Positions 48,562 through 58,304 are shown, counted from the stretch's first letter. The stretch: DNA of 64,000 nucleotides from Candidatus Magasanikiibacteriota bacterium (GCA_003482855.1 DMXO01000002.1:28060-92059); one strand, 5' to 3'. Notes: generated by a model not told the origin, from the sequence alone. Program-made: numbers and translations.

Positions 48562-48590
48562 TAAAACTCCCATCTAAGGGAGTTTTTATT
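48562..48590. terminator. Hairpin terminator (aaactccc atctaa gggagttt + T-run)
   Basis: 8-bp stem followed by TTATTTTT. Confidence 0.55.
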
Positions 48591-48669
48591 TTTGAACCGG
48601 CGCCGCTTCGATCGCCGGTTATTTGTGCGTTCAAAGCGGCGGTGCTCTTTGCATGCCGCATCCTTTCCG

Positions 48670-49158
48670 TCAGCCCGCCGCGTTGTACACGACGAGGATG
48701 ATGGTCGCCAGCGTGTGCAGGTACTCCGCACGCACGACCACAGTGAACTGGGACGAGTCGTTCACCGACCAGATCGGAAATCGACGGTCGACGGGAAATT
48801 CGTCCCCTTCGGCCTGCTTACCACGAAGGTCATAGACCCCCGGGATGGTCGCGCGCCAGAAGGGAACCACGTTGCCCGGGTTGAGCACGCGATCCGAGAC
48901 GACCGAGACGACCCATTCCGTACTGTCGTGGTACAGTCGGGTCATGGTGATTTCGATCCCCTTGTGGGAGATGCGCGCGATCGGACGGACGAACCCACCG
49001 AGCACACGCTGTCCGATCACTTCGGGTTCCCCGATCTTGAGTGGCCAGGACAGTGTGGACTGTTGCTCGAACGCCTTTTCCACCGTCCTCACTGCCATGA
49101 TGTCGGGATGGGTGCTGTTGCACCTTACGACCCACTGACTGAGCTTCTTGGGGGACAT
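48670..49158 (-). CDS. GC-rich cassette D gene: 162-aa hypothetical protein
   Basis: High-GC/high-GC3 ORF. AAGGAGAA SD 4 nt upstream of ATG 49158. Own promoter and hairpins (48595-48641) after the stop. The track ORF begins 10 codons earlier. Confidence 0.5.
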   Translation of the reverse strand: MSPKKLSQWVVRCNSTHPDIMAVRTVEKAFEQQSTLSWPLKIGEPEVIGQRVLGGFVRPIARISHKGIEITMTRLYHDSTEWVVSVVSDRVLNPGNVVPFWRATIPGVYDLRGKQAEGDEFPVDRRFPIWSVNDSSQFTVVVRAEYLHTLATIILVVYNAAG

Positions 49159-49202
49159 ATTCTTCTCCTTTCCCCCACGTTGACACACACAAAGAGCATT
49201 TC

Positions 49203-49231
49203 AAAATATCATTACTAAGTGATATTGTCAA
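49203..49231 (-). promoter_or_regulatory. Sigma70-like promoter of cassette D (TTGACA-17-TATTTT, minus strand)
   Basis: Perfect -35, 17-nt spacer, TAnnnT -10. Confidence 0.45.
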
Positions 49232-49301
49232 GCTAAATAATAAAATAAAAAACAACGCCCTTGAAGCGTTATTTTTATCTATTCTAAATCTGTGCAAAAT
49301 G

Positions 49302-50738
49302 TTACCCAAAATCATCAAACTTAATCTCCTCACCCGTATCAGTCACTATACGACGTTTCTCTTCTGCGTGCTTCTCTTCGACAAGCGTTGATTCTACTGT
49401 AGGCAAGCCACCAATACCCTCAACTGGCAAACCAATCGGTGGTTCGGCAACCTTGCTTGATGCTTTCTGGACTTGAGGAGTTTTGACATGAGACATGGGG
49501 AAATGCCACAGCGTAGCAAGTTCTTCTATATTCAAAACACATGGATTAGCACCAGCTTTTATTTTTCTCTTCTTATATGCTTTGAAAAAATGATTCTGTT
49601 TATGAATTTTCTTATTCTTGTTGCGAATATTTGTGGTACTCTTCGGAACTATAGAATTCGCTGTAGGGATATTAAATTGATTTATTGCACCCACGAGTGC
49701 ATTAACACCGCGCGCAGTATTGAATACCTCTTTTCGTGCTACGTATACACCACGCATTTTTACTTTGAATCCTATTTTAGCAATTTTTTCTTCCATCGCT
49801 TCAATCAATTTTGATTGACCCGGCGTGAGATATTTGAGCTGATTCTTCTCTTCGTGGTCGCTCGACGAACTCTCTCCTCCCTCACTGCGGATGCCACCGG
49901 TGAGCTGGGCATTGAGCTCTTCGAGACTTCTACCCACTTCTTTGGTAATGAAATTTTCTGTGAGAAAATTAAGCTTGCTTTTGTGAGATTCCTTTTTCTC
50001 TCCAATAAGTTCTTTTATTTTCTCTATAGACTTTTCCTTCCAATGATTATCTGTCGGTTGTACTAAAATCTGAAACCACATCTGCTCACCATACCCAATA
50101 CGCGTGAAACTCTCCAGAAATGTACCCATAGGATCTTTGAGTACTGTATCTTTGGAAATGCTGTGCTCAAATTCGCGATATGAACGTATAGGGAATGCAT
50201 CGTGTTCAGCTAGAGAAAAATCTCCAATCCATATATCGTGTGTATCATTGGGATATTTATCTGGTACCTGAGTCACATAATCCTCTACTTCAGTGATTTC
50301 TGCATCAGGATACTGGGCATAGACAGATGCTTCTACAAGATCTCTAAATGTCTGTTCAGTCCATACCAAAAATTGGATATACCCTTCAATGCTAATAATT
50401 TCAAAACTAAACCATTTTTGCTTGTAGCCCTCTCGAAATTTGCCACGCAAATCCGGATGTTCAAATGCGCCAGCAATATGACTAAACATCTGCTCAACAG
50501 CTTTTGGTGTTTGGACGTTCTCCTGAGGAATGTCGATAGCAAGCAAAGTAAATTTCCAGTGATGTGTATTTTTTTCTTCGACATACTCAGCATACAGATG
50601 AATACCCGCATATGCCAAAAGCCACACAAGGATAATCCAGCCAACAATAGCAAATAACTCAAAGACAACCACTATAGCTGGTTGTTCAAAAAAACTAATC
50701 ACGGTAAGTATGTCTATGTACATGAAACCTAAATCCAT
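49302..50738 (-). CDS. Membrane-anchored paralog of the N-terminal (non-ATPase) domain of the 28209-30794 VirD4-like protein
   Basis: N-terminal TM, shared blocks AQYP..., EELATLWHFP vs EEMASLWHLP, KLIEAMEEKIAKIGFKVKMRG vs AMEEEMLKGVEEKLSKGGLDVTIRM, ends PIGLPVEG vs PNLPAEG. No Walker motifs. Confidence 0.5.
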   Translation of the reverse strand: MDLGFMYIDILTVISFFEQPAIVVVFELFAIVGWIILVWLLAYAGIHLYAEYVEEKNTHHWKFTLLAIDIPQENVQTPKAVEQMFSHIAGAFEHPDLRGKFREGYKQKWFSFEIISIEGYIQFLVWTEQTFRDLVEASVYAQYPDAEITEVEDYVTQVPDKYPNDTHDIWIGDFSLAEHDAFPIRSYREFEHSISKDTVLKDPMGTFLESFTRIGYGEQMWFQILVQPTDNHWKEKSIEKIKELIGEKKESHKSKLNFLTENFITKEVGRSLEELNAQLTGGIRSEGGESSSSDHEEKNQLKYLTPGQSKLIEAMEEKIAKIGFKVKMRGVYVARKEVFNTARGVNALVGAINQFNIPTANSIVPKSTTNIRNKNKKIHKQNHFFKAYKKRKIKAGANPCVLNIEELATLWHFPMSHVKTPQVQKASSKVAEPPIGLPVEGIGGLPTVESTLVEEKHAEEKRRIVTDTGEEIKFDDFG

Positions 50739-50744
50739 ACGCGA

Positions 50745-50939
50745 TTAGACATCTACTAATTTGAAAACGAGTGGATACAGTATCAAAACTCCTATAAATA
50801 AAGGCCACCACCCAAGGCTCCCTGCTACATAGCCTGCCCAATAAACTATACCAAGTATAAGGACTGCGATAGTAGTAATTAAATGACGCAAAAATTTATC
50901 ACCCATAAAATAGTTCTTAGTTCTTAGTTCACAGTTCAT
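50745..50939 (-). CDS. Small membrane protein (64 aa) upstream partner of 49302-50738
   Basis: Two TM helices. 6-nt gap to the next gene. Confidence 0.4.
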   Translation of the reverse strand: MNCELRTKNYFMGDKFLRHLITTIAVLILGIVYWAGYVAGSLGWWPLFIGVLILYPLVFKLVDV

Positions 50940-50998
50940 AGAAATTTTTAAAATGTTTTATTTCAATCCTATGAACTATGAACTATTGGCTATGAACT
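50895..50998. repeat. Imperfect inverted repeat built from tandem heptamers (agttcat/tatgaac family)
   Basis: gttcttagttcttagttcacagttcatag ... ctatgaactatgaactattggctatgaactaa around an AT-rich loop. Confidence 0.55.
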
Positions 50999-51057
50999 AA
51001 AGTAATTATACCATAAAAATAAAAAACCCCCTAGAGGGGGTCATTTTGGATACTATC

Positions 51058-51960
51058 TTATCGACGAGATGCAAATTTATTCCACGTAACAAGCAATGGG
51101 CTTGCAACAAATATAGAAGAATATGCGCCCAAGAAAATACCAATCCATAATGCAAGTGAGAAATACTTGATGGTCTCACCACCAAAGAAAAATAGAGTTG
51201 CGAGTGGGAATAGTGTTGTCAATGTCGTATTGATAGAGCGCGCCATAGTCTCGTTGACTGCAAAGTTGATCGTCTCATCAAAATGCTCGGCATTCCTGCG
51301 AATGAGATTTTCTCTCACACGATCAAATACTACGATCGTATCATTTACTGAATACCCGAGAATCGTCAGCAATGCAACAACAAACGGTATATCTACTTCC
51401 ACATTCATGAATCTGCCCAAGAAAGCAAATACTCCAGCAGTAATTGTCACATCGTGAATCAGGGCAATCACCGCGATAATTCCATACTTCCAAGAAGCAA
51501 TCGGTTTTGAAACTTTTCTAAATGAATATGCAATAAATATGATAATGGCAATACATACTACGACAACGGCTTTCATTGAACGTTGTTTCAACTGGGCACT
51601 CACGGATGGGCCAATAGTCTCAAACCTCTGTTCAAGCACTTTCTGTTCTCCTTGTTCGTAATTTGTACGCAATATATCAAGCAACTGTTGATGTTCTTCT
51701 TCACTCAAAAAACGAGTCTTCACAATCATACTTACATCCCCAGATGTTTGTACCACTGCATTGCCCAATGCTGATTCTACGGCGCTACGTACTTCAGGTA
51801 CTGCAGGACGCTCCTCAGTAAATGAAACTTCCAATACTGAACCTCCAGTAAAATCCATGCTTGGTTTGAGTCCATAGGCAATAAGTCCAAAAACAGCCAC
51901 AGCAAACAATAACCCAGAAGCTACATAACTAATTTTTCTATTTCCAATAAAGTTGATCAT
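51058..51960 (-). CDS. secF: Protein translocase subunit SecF
   Basis: 300 aa, 6 TM, SecD/SecF family motifs, directly downstream of secD. Confidence 0.85.
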   Translation of the reverse strand: MINFIGNRKISYVASGLLFAVAVFGLIAYGLKPSMDFTGGSVLEVSFTEERPAVPEVRSAVESALGNAVVQTSGDVSMIVKTRFLSEEEHQQLLDILRTNYEQGEQKVLEQRFETIGPSVSAQLKQRSMKAVVVVCIAIIIFIAYSFRKVSKPIASWKYGIIAVIALIHDVTITAGVFAFLGRFMNVEVDIPFVVALLTILGYSVNDTIVVFDRVRENLIRRNAEHFDETINFAVNETMARSINTTLTTLFPLATLFFFGGETIKYFSLALWIGIFLGAYSSIFVASPLLVTWNKFASRR

Positions 51961-51965
51961 ACGTA

Positions 51966-54116
51966 TTACTTTAGATCCTCCATACGAGGTTTACGTCCAC
52001 CCAAAAATAATCTATTTCCATGATGGTGGAACCATGGCACGACAAACCGCAACATAACACGAGTGATAGTGATAGCAGTAAACATACTCATGAGAACACC
52101 AACGGACAAGGTCACCGCAAATCCTTTTACAAAGCTCGTACCAAGCCAAATAAGGAGCACACAGCTAATGAGTGTAGAAATATTGCTATCGCGAATAGAA
52201 GTCCATGCACGAACAAATCCTTCTTCTACACCAGCCTTGAGACTTTTACCTTCTTTCAATTCTTCTTTGAGACGCTCAAATATAAGGACATTTGCATCTA
52301 CGGCCATACCAATAGACATAATGAAGCCAGCAATACCCGCAAGCGTCAAGGTAACCCCTATCAATTTGAATACTGCGAGTGTCAATGCAATATAGAGAGA
52401 TAATGAAATAACAGAAAGCAAACCAGGTAATCTATAGTACAACAACATAAACACCATGATGAGTAATACACCTACTACACCAGCATATAGACTCTGAGTA
52501 AGTGATTTACTACCGAGTGTTGCACCAATAGTTTGCTGTGACACGAGACTTATTGGCACAGGCAAAGCACCTGCATTCAGTCGTTGAGACAATAGTTGAG
52601 CTTCTTTTACATTGAAGCTACCGGTAATTACTGCGCGTCCATCCATGATAGCTGTCTGTACAACAGGCGCGCTAATGACATTGCCATCAAGGAATATAGC
52701 AACCTGTTTACCTACATTTCGTGAAGTAATGTCAGCAAATAAATCCTTACCTTCATCATCAAAGTTGAGCGCTACTTGCACTGAGCCTGTCTGTGGGTCA
52801 GATACGACTTCGGAACGATCCAGTTGTTTGCCTGACAAAGCAGTATTCTTCCATGTATCTTGGGGAGGTACGATATCACTCTCACTTTGTGTCTGAATCA
52901 AGATTCTCCATAGTTCATATTCTTTTGTCGTACGTTCATCACGTTTGTAAATAATGTGAAAACCAAAATCTGTTTCTACAGGTCCAATGATTTGTCCCTT
53001 TTCTGCTTGGAATACTGCTGTCTCAAATGCAGGTATCATGACACCGGTGCCAAACCAACCAAGGTCTCCACCATTTTCAGATACGCTTGGATCAGTAGAA
53101 TTTTCTTTGGCAAGCATTTCAAAATTTTCAGCGTTTGCTGTGTTGTATAATTCTTGAGCTTTGGCGCGTGCCTCGTCCTTGTTGTATATAGGATTATTAC
53201 ATCCTTGAGCGCCAAGATAACAAATCAATATGTGGCTGGCTTGTACTTCTTTGCCACCATCTCGCTCAGCACCACGTTTGAGGATGTTGTATCCTTGTAC
53301 AGACTCTACCAATGTTTGGCTCGTAGTACCTTCAGAAGCACTTACTGCCCATTCATACAGTTCTGTGTATGCAGAGTTGGACCCCACATAATTCATATAG
53401 CCTCCATTATTTTTACTTGCTTGATCTTCTGATACTTCACGCGCAACTGCTTCAATATTTTCTCCATTTTTTATTCTTTTCAAAATATCTTGCGCACGCT
53501 TTTTTGCGTCAGCATTATATTCATCCATTTGTTTTTGTTCTTCTGCAGTAAGTTCGCGAGGTGGCTCAGTATTTTCTTCTTTAAATTCCAAAATAGGAGT
53601 ACCACCAATCATGGCAATTGCCTGCTCTACATCAGTCACACCAGGAAGCTCGACAACAAGACGATATGCATCGCTCACTTTTGTTGTCTGCACTTGTGGT
53701 TCAGATACGCCCATACCGTTCACACGTCGCTCGATAACATCACGCACACCTTCTACTGCTGAACCTTTTTCTTCTTGAGTAAGCGCAGTGGTATCTGCCT
53801 CATACACGAGATGCGCGCCACCCTGCAAATCAAGACCAAGTTGAAATTCTTTTTCAGGTACGCGTGGCAGACCAAGCTTGATAGTATCATTGACCCAATC
53901 AATGCCTCTATTGAAACTGCTTGGACTCACGAAAATAACTGATACAAAAAGAAGGGCAAATATGCCCGCTATCCCCCATCTAATTTTTCCGCGAATATCT
54001 GTTTTTACCATAGTATCTAAATGAGCTTGAGAAAATCTGCCCAAGGCAGACATGTCTACCAAAGGCAGACTTGTAATAACGTGCCTTATTGTATCTTTTT
54101 TTGTAGAAAAGGTCAA
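51966..54116 (-). CDS. secD: Protein translocase subunit SecD with two inserted parvulin (PpiC)-type PPIase-like domains in the periplasmic region
   Basis: LDLQGGAHLVYEAD P1 motif and FLDGNVISAPVVQTAIMDGRAVITGSF P1 base are present. Between them lie NNGGYMNYV...YNILKRG and NGGDLGWF...FGFHIIYKRD parvulin signatures. C-terminal 6 TM. Confidence 0.8.
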   Translation of the reverse strand: MTFSTKKDTIRHVITSLPLVDMSALGRFSQAHLDTMVKTDIRGKIRWGIAGIFALLFVSVIFVSPSSFNRGIDWVNDTIKLGLPRVPEKEFQLGLDLQGGAHLVYEADTTALTQEEKGSAVEGVRDVIERRVNGMGVSEPQVQTTKVSDAYRLVVELPGVTDVEQAIAMIGGTPILEFKEENTEPPRELTAEEQKQMDEYNADAKKRAQDILKRIKNGENIEAVAREVSEDQASKNNGGYMNYVGSNSAYTELYEWAVSASEGTTSQTLVESVQGYNILKRGAERDGGKEVQASHILICYLGAQGCNNPIYNKDEARAKAQELYNTANAENFEMLAKENSTDPSVSENGGDLGWFGTGVMIPAFETAVFQAEKGQIIGPVETDFGFHIIYKRDERTTKEYELWRILIQTQSESDIVPPQDTWKNTALSGKQLDRSEVVSDPQTGSVQVALNFDDEGKDLFADITSRNVGKQVAIFLDGNVISAPVVQTAIMDGRAVITGSFNVKEAQLLSQRLNAGALPVPISLVSQQTIGATLGSKSLTQSLYAGVVGVLLIMVFMLLYYRLPGLLSVISLSLYIALTLAVFKLIGVTLTLAGIAGFIMSIGMAVDANVLIFERLKEELKEGKSLKAGVEEGFVRAWTSIRDSNISTLISCVLLIWLGTSFVKGFAVTLSVGVLMSMFTAITITRVMLRFVVPWFHHHGNRLFLGGRKPRMEDLK

Positions 54117-54153
54117 GCAAACTTAGCCACACTATATATACATATATACAGCA

Positions 54154-54182
54154 TTGACAAAATGGCATTTTTGTGATATTAT
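54154..54182 (+). promoter_or_regulatory. Sigma70-like promoter of cassette E (TTGACA-17-TATTAT)
   Basis: Perfect -35, 17-nt spacer, 5/6 -10. Confidence 0.5.
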
Positions 54183-54214
54183 CGCCACGGATTTTCCACC
54201 ACGTGAGGCCAAAA

Positions 54215-54367
54215 ATGGCCACGACCACGACCCTCGTGTGCATGGAGTGCGGACACCCGGAGATGGAGGTCATCGAATACGGTGACCACGAGGAACGGGT
54301 CAAGTGCCCCAAGTGCGGGCACGAAGCCTCGGTTCCCCCGGGCGCTCAGCCCGGTACTCCGGTCTAG
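54215..54367 (+). CDS. GC-rich cassette E gene: 50-aa zinc-ribbon mini-protein
   Basis: GAGG SD 6 nt upstream. CMEC...(18 aa)...CPKC. Strongly G/C-biased third codon positions. The track ORF start at 54173 lies inside the -10 box, so ATG 54215 is preferred. Confidence 0.5.
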   Translation: MATTTTLVCMECGHPEMEVIEYGDHEERVKCPKCGHEASVPPGAQPGTPV

Positions 54368-54393
54368 CACCGGACAAAACACCCCACACGCGG

Positions 54394-54502
54394 CCCCGGG
54401 CAATCGTGCCCGGGGATGATGTCATGAAAAACCACCCAATGACTATCTGAGTTCTCAACGTATATTTGAGAATTGGGATAGGAGGTTTGGGTGGTTTTTT
54501 GT
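54394..54502. terminator. Hairpin ccccgggca atcg tgcccgggg plus long bidirectional terminator (aaaaaccaccca ... tgggtggtttttt)
   Basis: 9-bp perfect GC stem directly after cassette E. 12-bp A/T-flanked stem serving both cassette E and the secA 3' end. Confidence 0.55.
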
Positions 54503-54540
54503 TGTCTAATTTATCTTCTATTTTTATTCGTCATTTCGCA

Positions 54541-57417
54541 TTACGCCCCATGGCACTTCTTATACTTCTTTCCACTTCCGCACGGACATGGATCATTGCG
54601 CCCTACTTTGTTGCCTGAATCATCTCTGGTTTTGCCTTTCACGATACCTGCCTCGCCATCACTTGTCTTTTGTGCGCCTTTGAGTGTCATCTTGTCATCA
54701 GCCATGATACTTGGTGTGAGTTGCAAACCAACATTTATCTTAAAAACCGTATAGGCAACATCTTTTTGAATATTGGCAAGCAATTGATTGAACAGATGAA
54801 AACTTTCTTGTTTGTATTCGACAAGTGGATCACGCTGACCATACCCACGCAGACCAATACCCTGACGCAAATAATCTATAGCCACGAGATAATCAACCCA
54901 CAAATTATCTATAGTACGAAGCAAAATACTTTTTTGAATTTCTGCCTGTATCTGGTGTGGCTCTTGTACACCTGCTGTCTGTTGTGCAATAGCTTTCATG
55001 AATTCGCTATATTGATGACGCGCTTTGGCTACGAGAAATGATATGAGAGCATCTCGTCTCTCCACGTCACTCTTGTTGTCACTCCCTGATTGTCCAAAAG
55101 ACAAAATTTCTTGCCTATCTTCTGCTGACAAAGGAAACATTGTTTTTATGGTCTCATATATTTCTTTTACATTCCAATCATACTTATTCACTGCGCTATC
55201 TCCATTTGCATCTGTCTGTGGATTGGTATGATATGACACAACAAATTCAATCTCACCTTCTATCATCTCCATGACCATGTCATGAAGCGATTGATATGAG
55301 AGGTCATTTGTATCTTCCAAATTTGTTGTTGGTTGTGATGCAGTCTCTACGTCACCATCAATAATATTTGTTGATTCTTTTTTTGCTAAATCAAGAATTT
55401 TTCTTCTTTTCTTATAAATTACCTCGCGCTGTTTATTGAGGACGTCATCATATTCAAGCAAATGCTTGCGCGTATCAAAATGAAATGATTCCACTTTTTT
55501 CTGAGCGCTTTCGAGCATACGCGTAATAAATTTTTGTTCAATAGGCATATCCTCAGGCACTTTGAGCCTAGTCATCATGGACTTGAGCCTGTCTCCAGCA
55601 AAAATACGCATGAGATCATCCCCTGTTGATACAAAGAATTGGGTCTCACCGGGGTCGCCCTGACGCGCGCTACGACCGCGAAGCTGATTGTCTATACGAC
55701 GAGATTCATGGCGTTCTGTACCCAGTACAAAGAGACCGCCAGCATCTTTAATCTTTTGTTCATCTTCTTTTGTCGCTCCCGGTCCGCCAAGCTTGATATC
55801 CACACCACGCCCAGCCATATTAGTTGCAAGAGTCACTGCTCCTGCACGACCAGCTTGTGCAATTATTTCACCTTCTCGTTCATGATTCTTTGCATTGAGA
55901 ATCTCATGTTGTATGCCATTGATGAGGAGATATTGACTAAGTTCTTCATTTTTTTCTACAGAAATAGTACCAATAAGTACTGGTTGACCTTTGGTTTGAC
56001 ATTCTTTCAATTTTTCTATAACTGCCTTGTACTTACCTGCCTCAGTTCTATAAATACGATCAGAGTGATCTATACGCTGGTCAGGACGATTGGTAGGTAT
56101 GACTACGACTTCGAGTCCATAAATTTTATAAAATTCTTCTTCTTCGGTCTTGGCAGTACCCGTCATGCCAGACAATTTTTTGTACATGCGAAAAAGATTT
56201 TGAAATGTAATCGTTGCAAGTGTACGGCTCTCACGCTGAATTGCGACATTTTCTTTTGCCTCGATTGCCTGGTGCATGCCTTCGGAATATCTGCGACCTG
56301 GCATCTTGCGACCAGTAAATTCATCAATGATAATAATCTCGCCATTGTCTACAATATAGTCTTTGTCGCGTTTGAAGAGTACTTCTGCTTTGAGTGCCTG
56401 CTCTACATGGTGCACGAGCTGTATGCCTCCCTCAACATAAAGATTGTCTACATGCAACCAATTTTCAAATTTGGAAATACCTACATCAGTAAGTGTTGAC
56501 GCCCGCATCTTCTCATCCACATTATAATCTTCGCCTTCCTTGAGTTGTTTCACCCATTTGGCAAATTGATAATATTGTTCAGTCGCTTCTTCTGCTGGCG
56601 CGGATATGATGAGTGGCGTACGTGCTTCATCTACAAGTATGGAATCTATTTCATCGACAATCGCATAATGCATTTCTGATCCTGGTCGCATGACCATTTC
56701 ATCAAGACTCTGCACCATGTTGTCACGTAGATAATCAAAACCAAATTCATTATTGGTACCATACGTGATATCACAACGATACGCTTCTTGTCTGCTCGCT
56801 GTTCTCAAAAATTCATTTTCTACTTTAAAACTTCCTTTCTCGACTTCGGACTTCGGACTTCGGACTTCAACCACCTCATCGGAATCTGAAGTCTGATTGC
56901 TGAAGTCTGAAGTCTGTTGGCTATCATACACAAACGACACGCGCTGATTTTGAATAATACCAACTGATAACCCCAAAAAATCATAGATCTTCCCCATCCA
57001 CACTGCATCACGTTTTGCCAAATAATCATTCACGGTCACGACATGTACGCCTCTGCCTTCAAGAGCATTCAAATATACTGGCAAGGTTGCGGTAAGTGTC
57101 TTGCCTTCGCCAGTTCTCATCTCAGCAATCCTGCCCTGATGAAGTGCAATGCCACCAACAAGCTGTACATCATAATGGCGCATGCCCATGACGCGCTTGG
57201 TTGCTTCACGTACCGTAGCAAAACTTTCGGGCAATAGATCATCCAAAGACTCGCCTTCTGCAAGACGTTTCTTGAATTCAGACGTCTTGGCTTTCAATGC
57301 ATCATCAGACAATTTTTCAAATTCTGGCTCAAGACTATTTATTTTGGCAACAAGGGGATCAAATACTTTGAGCATTTTTTTGTTTTGATCACCAAAAATT
57401 TTATGAAGAAAAGACAT
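54541..57417 (-). CDS. secA: Protein translocase ATPase SecA
   Basis: 958 aa, DEAD-like motor motifs, C-terminal zinc finger [14 protein letters not shown]. Confidence 0.93.
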   Translation of the reverse strand: MSFLHKIFGDQNKKMLKVFDPLVAKINSLEPEFEKLSDDALKAKTSEFKKRLAEGESLDDLLPESFATVREATKRVMGMRHYDVQLVGGIALHQGRIAEMRTGEGKTLTATLPVYLNALEGRGVHVVTVNDYLAKRDAVWMGKIYDFLGLSVGIIQNQRVSFVYDSQQTSDFSNQTSDSDEVVEVRSPKSEVEKGSFKVENEFLRTASRQEAYRCDITYGTNNEFGFDYLRDNMVQSLDEMVMRPGSEMHYAIVDEIDSILVDEARTPLIISAPAEEATEQYYQFAKWVKQLKEGEDYNVDEKMRASTLTDVGISKFENWLHVDNLYVEGGIQLVHHVEQALKAEVLFKRDKDYIVDNGEIIIIDEFTGRKMPGRRYSEGMHQAIEAKENVAIQRESRTLATITFQNLFRMYKKLSGMTGTAKTEEEEFYKIYGLEVVVIPTNRPDQRIDHSDRIYRTEAGKYKAVIEKLKECQTKGQPVLIGTISVEKNEELSQYLLINGIQHEILNAKNHEREGEIIAQAGRAGAVTLATNMAGRGVDIKLGGPGATKEDEQKIKDAGGLFVLGTERHESRRIDNQLRGRSARQGDPGETQFFVSTGDDLMRIFAGDRLKSMMTRLKVPEDMPIEQKFITRMLESAQKKVESFHFDTRKHLLEYDDVLNKQREVIYKKRRKILDLAKKESTNIIDGDVETASQPTTNLEDTNDLSYQSLHDMVMEMIEGEIEFVVSYHTNPQTDANGDSAVNKYDWNVKEIYETIKTMFPLSAEDRQEILSFGQSGSDNKSDVERRDALISFLVAKARHQYSEFMKAIAQQTAGVQEPHQIQAEIQKSILLRTIDNLWVDYLVAIDYLRQGIGLRGYGQRDPLVEYKQESFHLFNQLLANIQKDVAYTVFKINVGLQLTPSIMADDKMTLKGAQKTSDGEAGIVKGKTRDDSGNKVGRNDPCPCGSGKKYKKCHGA

Positions 57418-57550
57418 ACATTAAAACTTAGAAAGGCCTAGGAAGCTAAGAAAGCTCAGAAGACTCGTGAAGATTAAAAATCTAAAAAGCGACTTAAATC
57501 TCATATTAAAACCCTCAAAGTATAGCATCTATACAACATCTTGTCCATCC

Positions 57551-57579
57551 TTGACTTTTTACCATTTTTAGTGTACTTT
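57551..57579 (+). promoter_or_regulatory. Sigma70-like promoter P1 of island F (TTGACT-17-TACTTT)
   Basis: 5/6 -35, 17-nt spacer, TAnnnT -10. Confidence 0.4.
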
Positions 57580-57613
57580 ATGGGCAGAACTTTAACCCTT
57601 TGGGGGTCCTCCA

Positions 57614-57877
57614 ATGGTCAGGAACAACTGCCCCGCATGCGGGGCACAGGTCGAACACGGCACGCTCTGTGGCGCGTGCGGTCACCGGCTGGGTGAAGAA
57701 CCCGGCAACCGGCACTGCACGTGCACTGGCAACGTCTGCGTCCGCCTCCGGACGCAGATCGTCGTCCGCACGGTCGAGGTCGCTACGACCAAGGCCGACG
57801 GGACGGTGGTGCCCCACGGTACCGCCAGCTTCCTCTACGACCCCACGACCGGCCGGTCGCACCTGACGACCGGCTGA
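57614..57877 (+). CDS. Island F gene 1: 87-aa zinc-ribbon protein
   Basis: CPACG...(8 aa)...CGACG N-terminal zinc ribbon, additional CTCTGNVC. High GC3. GGGGG SD-like 7 nt upstream. Confidence 0.45.
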   Translation: MVRNNCPACGAQVEHGTLCGACGHRLGEEPGNRHCTCTGNVCVRLRTQIVVRTVEVATTKADGTVVPHGTASFLYDPTTGRSHLTTG

Positions 57878-58021
57878 CCCTCTGTCCCGCGCCCGACGCT
57901 CCCCGCGTTCGTGGGCCGGCGCGTGCTGTTCTGCGTATTTCGTGCATCAGCCCCCCTGGTGCATGAGGTACGTAGACGCGCGCGCCGGCCCTCCTTCCTC
58001 ATTATTAAACCAAAGTTACTC

Positions 58022-58050
58022 TTGACAAAGAGTGACTTTTTTGTTATTAT
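58022..58050 (+). promoter_or_regulatory. Sigma70-like promoter P2 of island F (TTGACA-17-TATTAT)
   Basis: Perfect -35, 17-nt spacer, 5/6 -10, in an AT-rich spacer between the two GC-rich genes. Confidence 0.5.
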
Positions 58051-58080
58051 CCGCCCGCTTCAAACAACCCGGGGTTCAAG

Positions 58081-58239
58081 ATGTACTGTGCCCACTGCGG
58101 CCTCATGCTCGTCATCGATATCGAAGGACATTGCCCCATCTGCGGGACAAAAATCGATGAGGCGTCGCCCTATGTGATGCCTGCGAGGCCGCCGATCGAC
58201 ACCGCCCCTACCCCCTCCGGACAGGGACAACATACCTAG
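58081..58239 (+). CDS. Island F gene 2: 52-aa zinc-ribbon mini-protein
   Basis: CAHCG...(12 aa)...CPICG, Pro-rich tail. High GC3. Confidence 0.45.
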   Translation: MYCAHCGLMLVIDIEGHCPICGTKIDEASPYVMPARPPIDTAPTPSGQGQHT

Positions 58240-58304
58240 TATCTTGCGTACGGAATTGAACATTCCAACGCGAGTGTATGTTCGTCCCGTTCATCCCTAA
58301 AATC

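Noticed and set aside
48590-49200. GC-rich islands as RNase P RNA, tmRNA or SRP RNA
   Set aside because: No P4, tag-ORF/T-arm or SRP domain IV consensus seen. The islands instead contain ORFs with SDs and strong GC3 bias.
54173-54367. 64-aa version of the cassette E ORF starting at 54173
   Set aside because: The first ATG lies inside the TATTAT -10 element. ATG 54215 with GAGG SD gives the 50-aa zinc ribbon.
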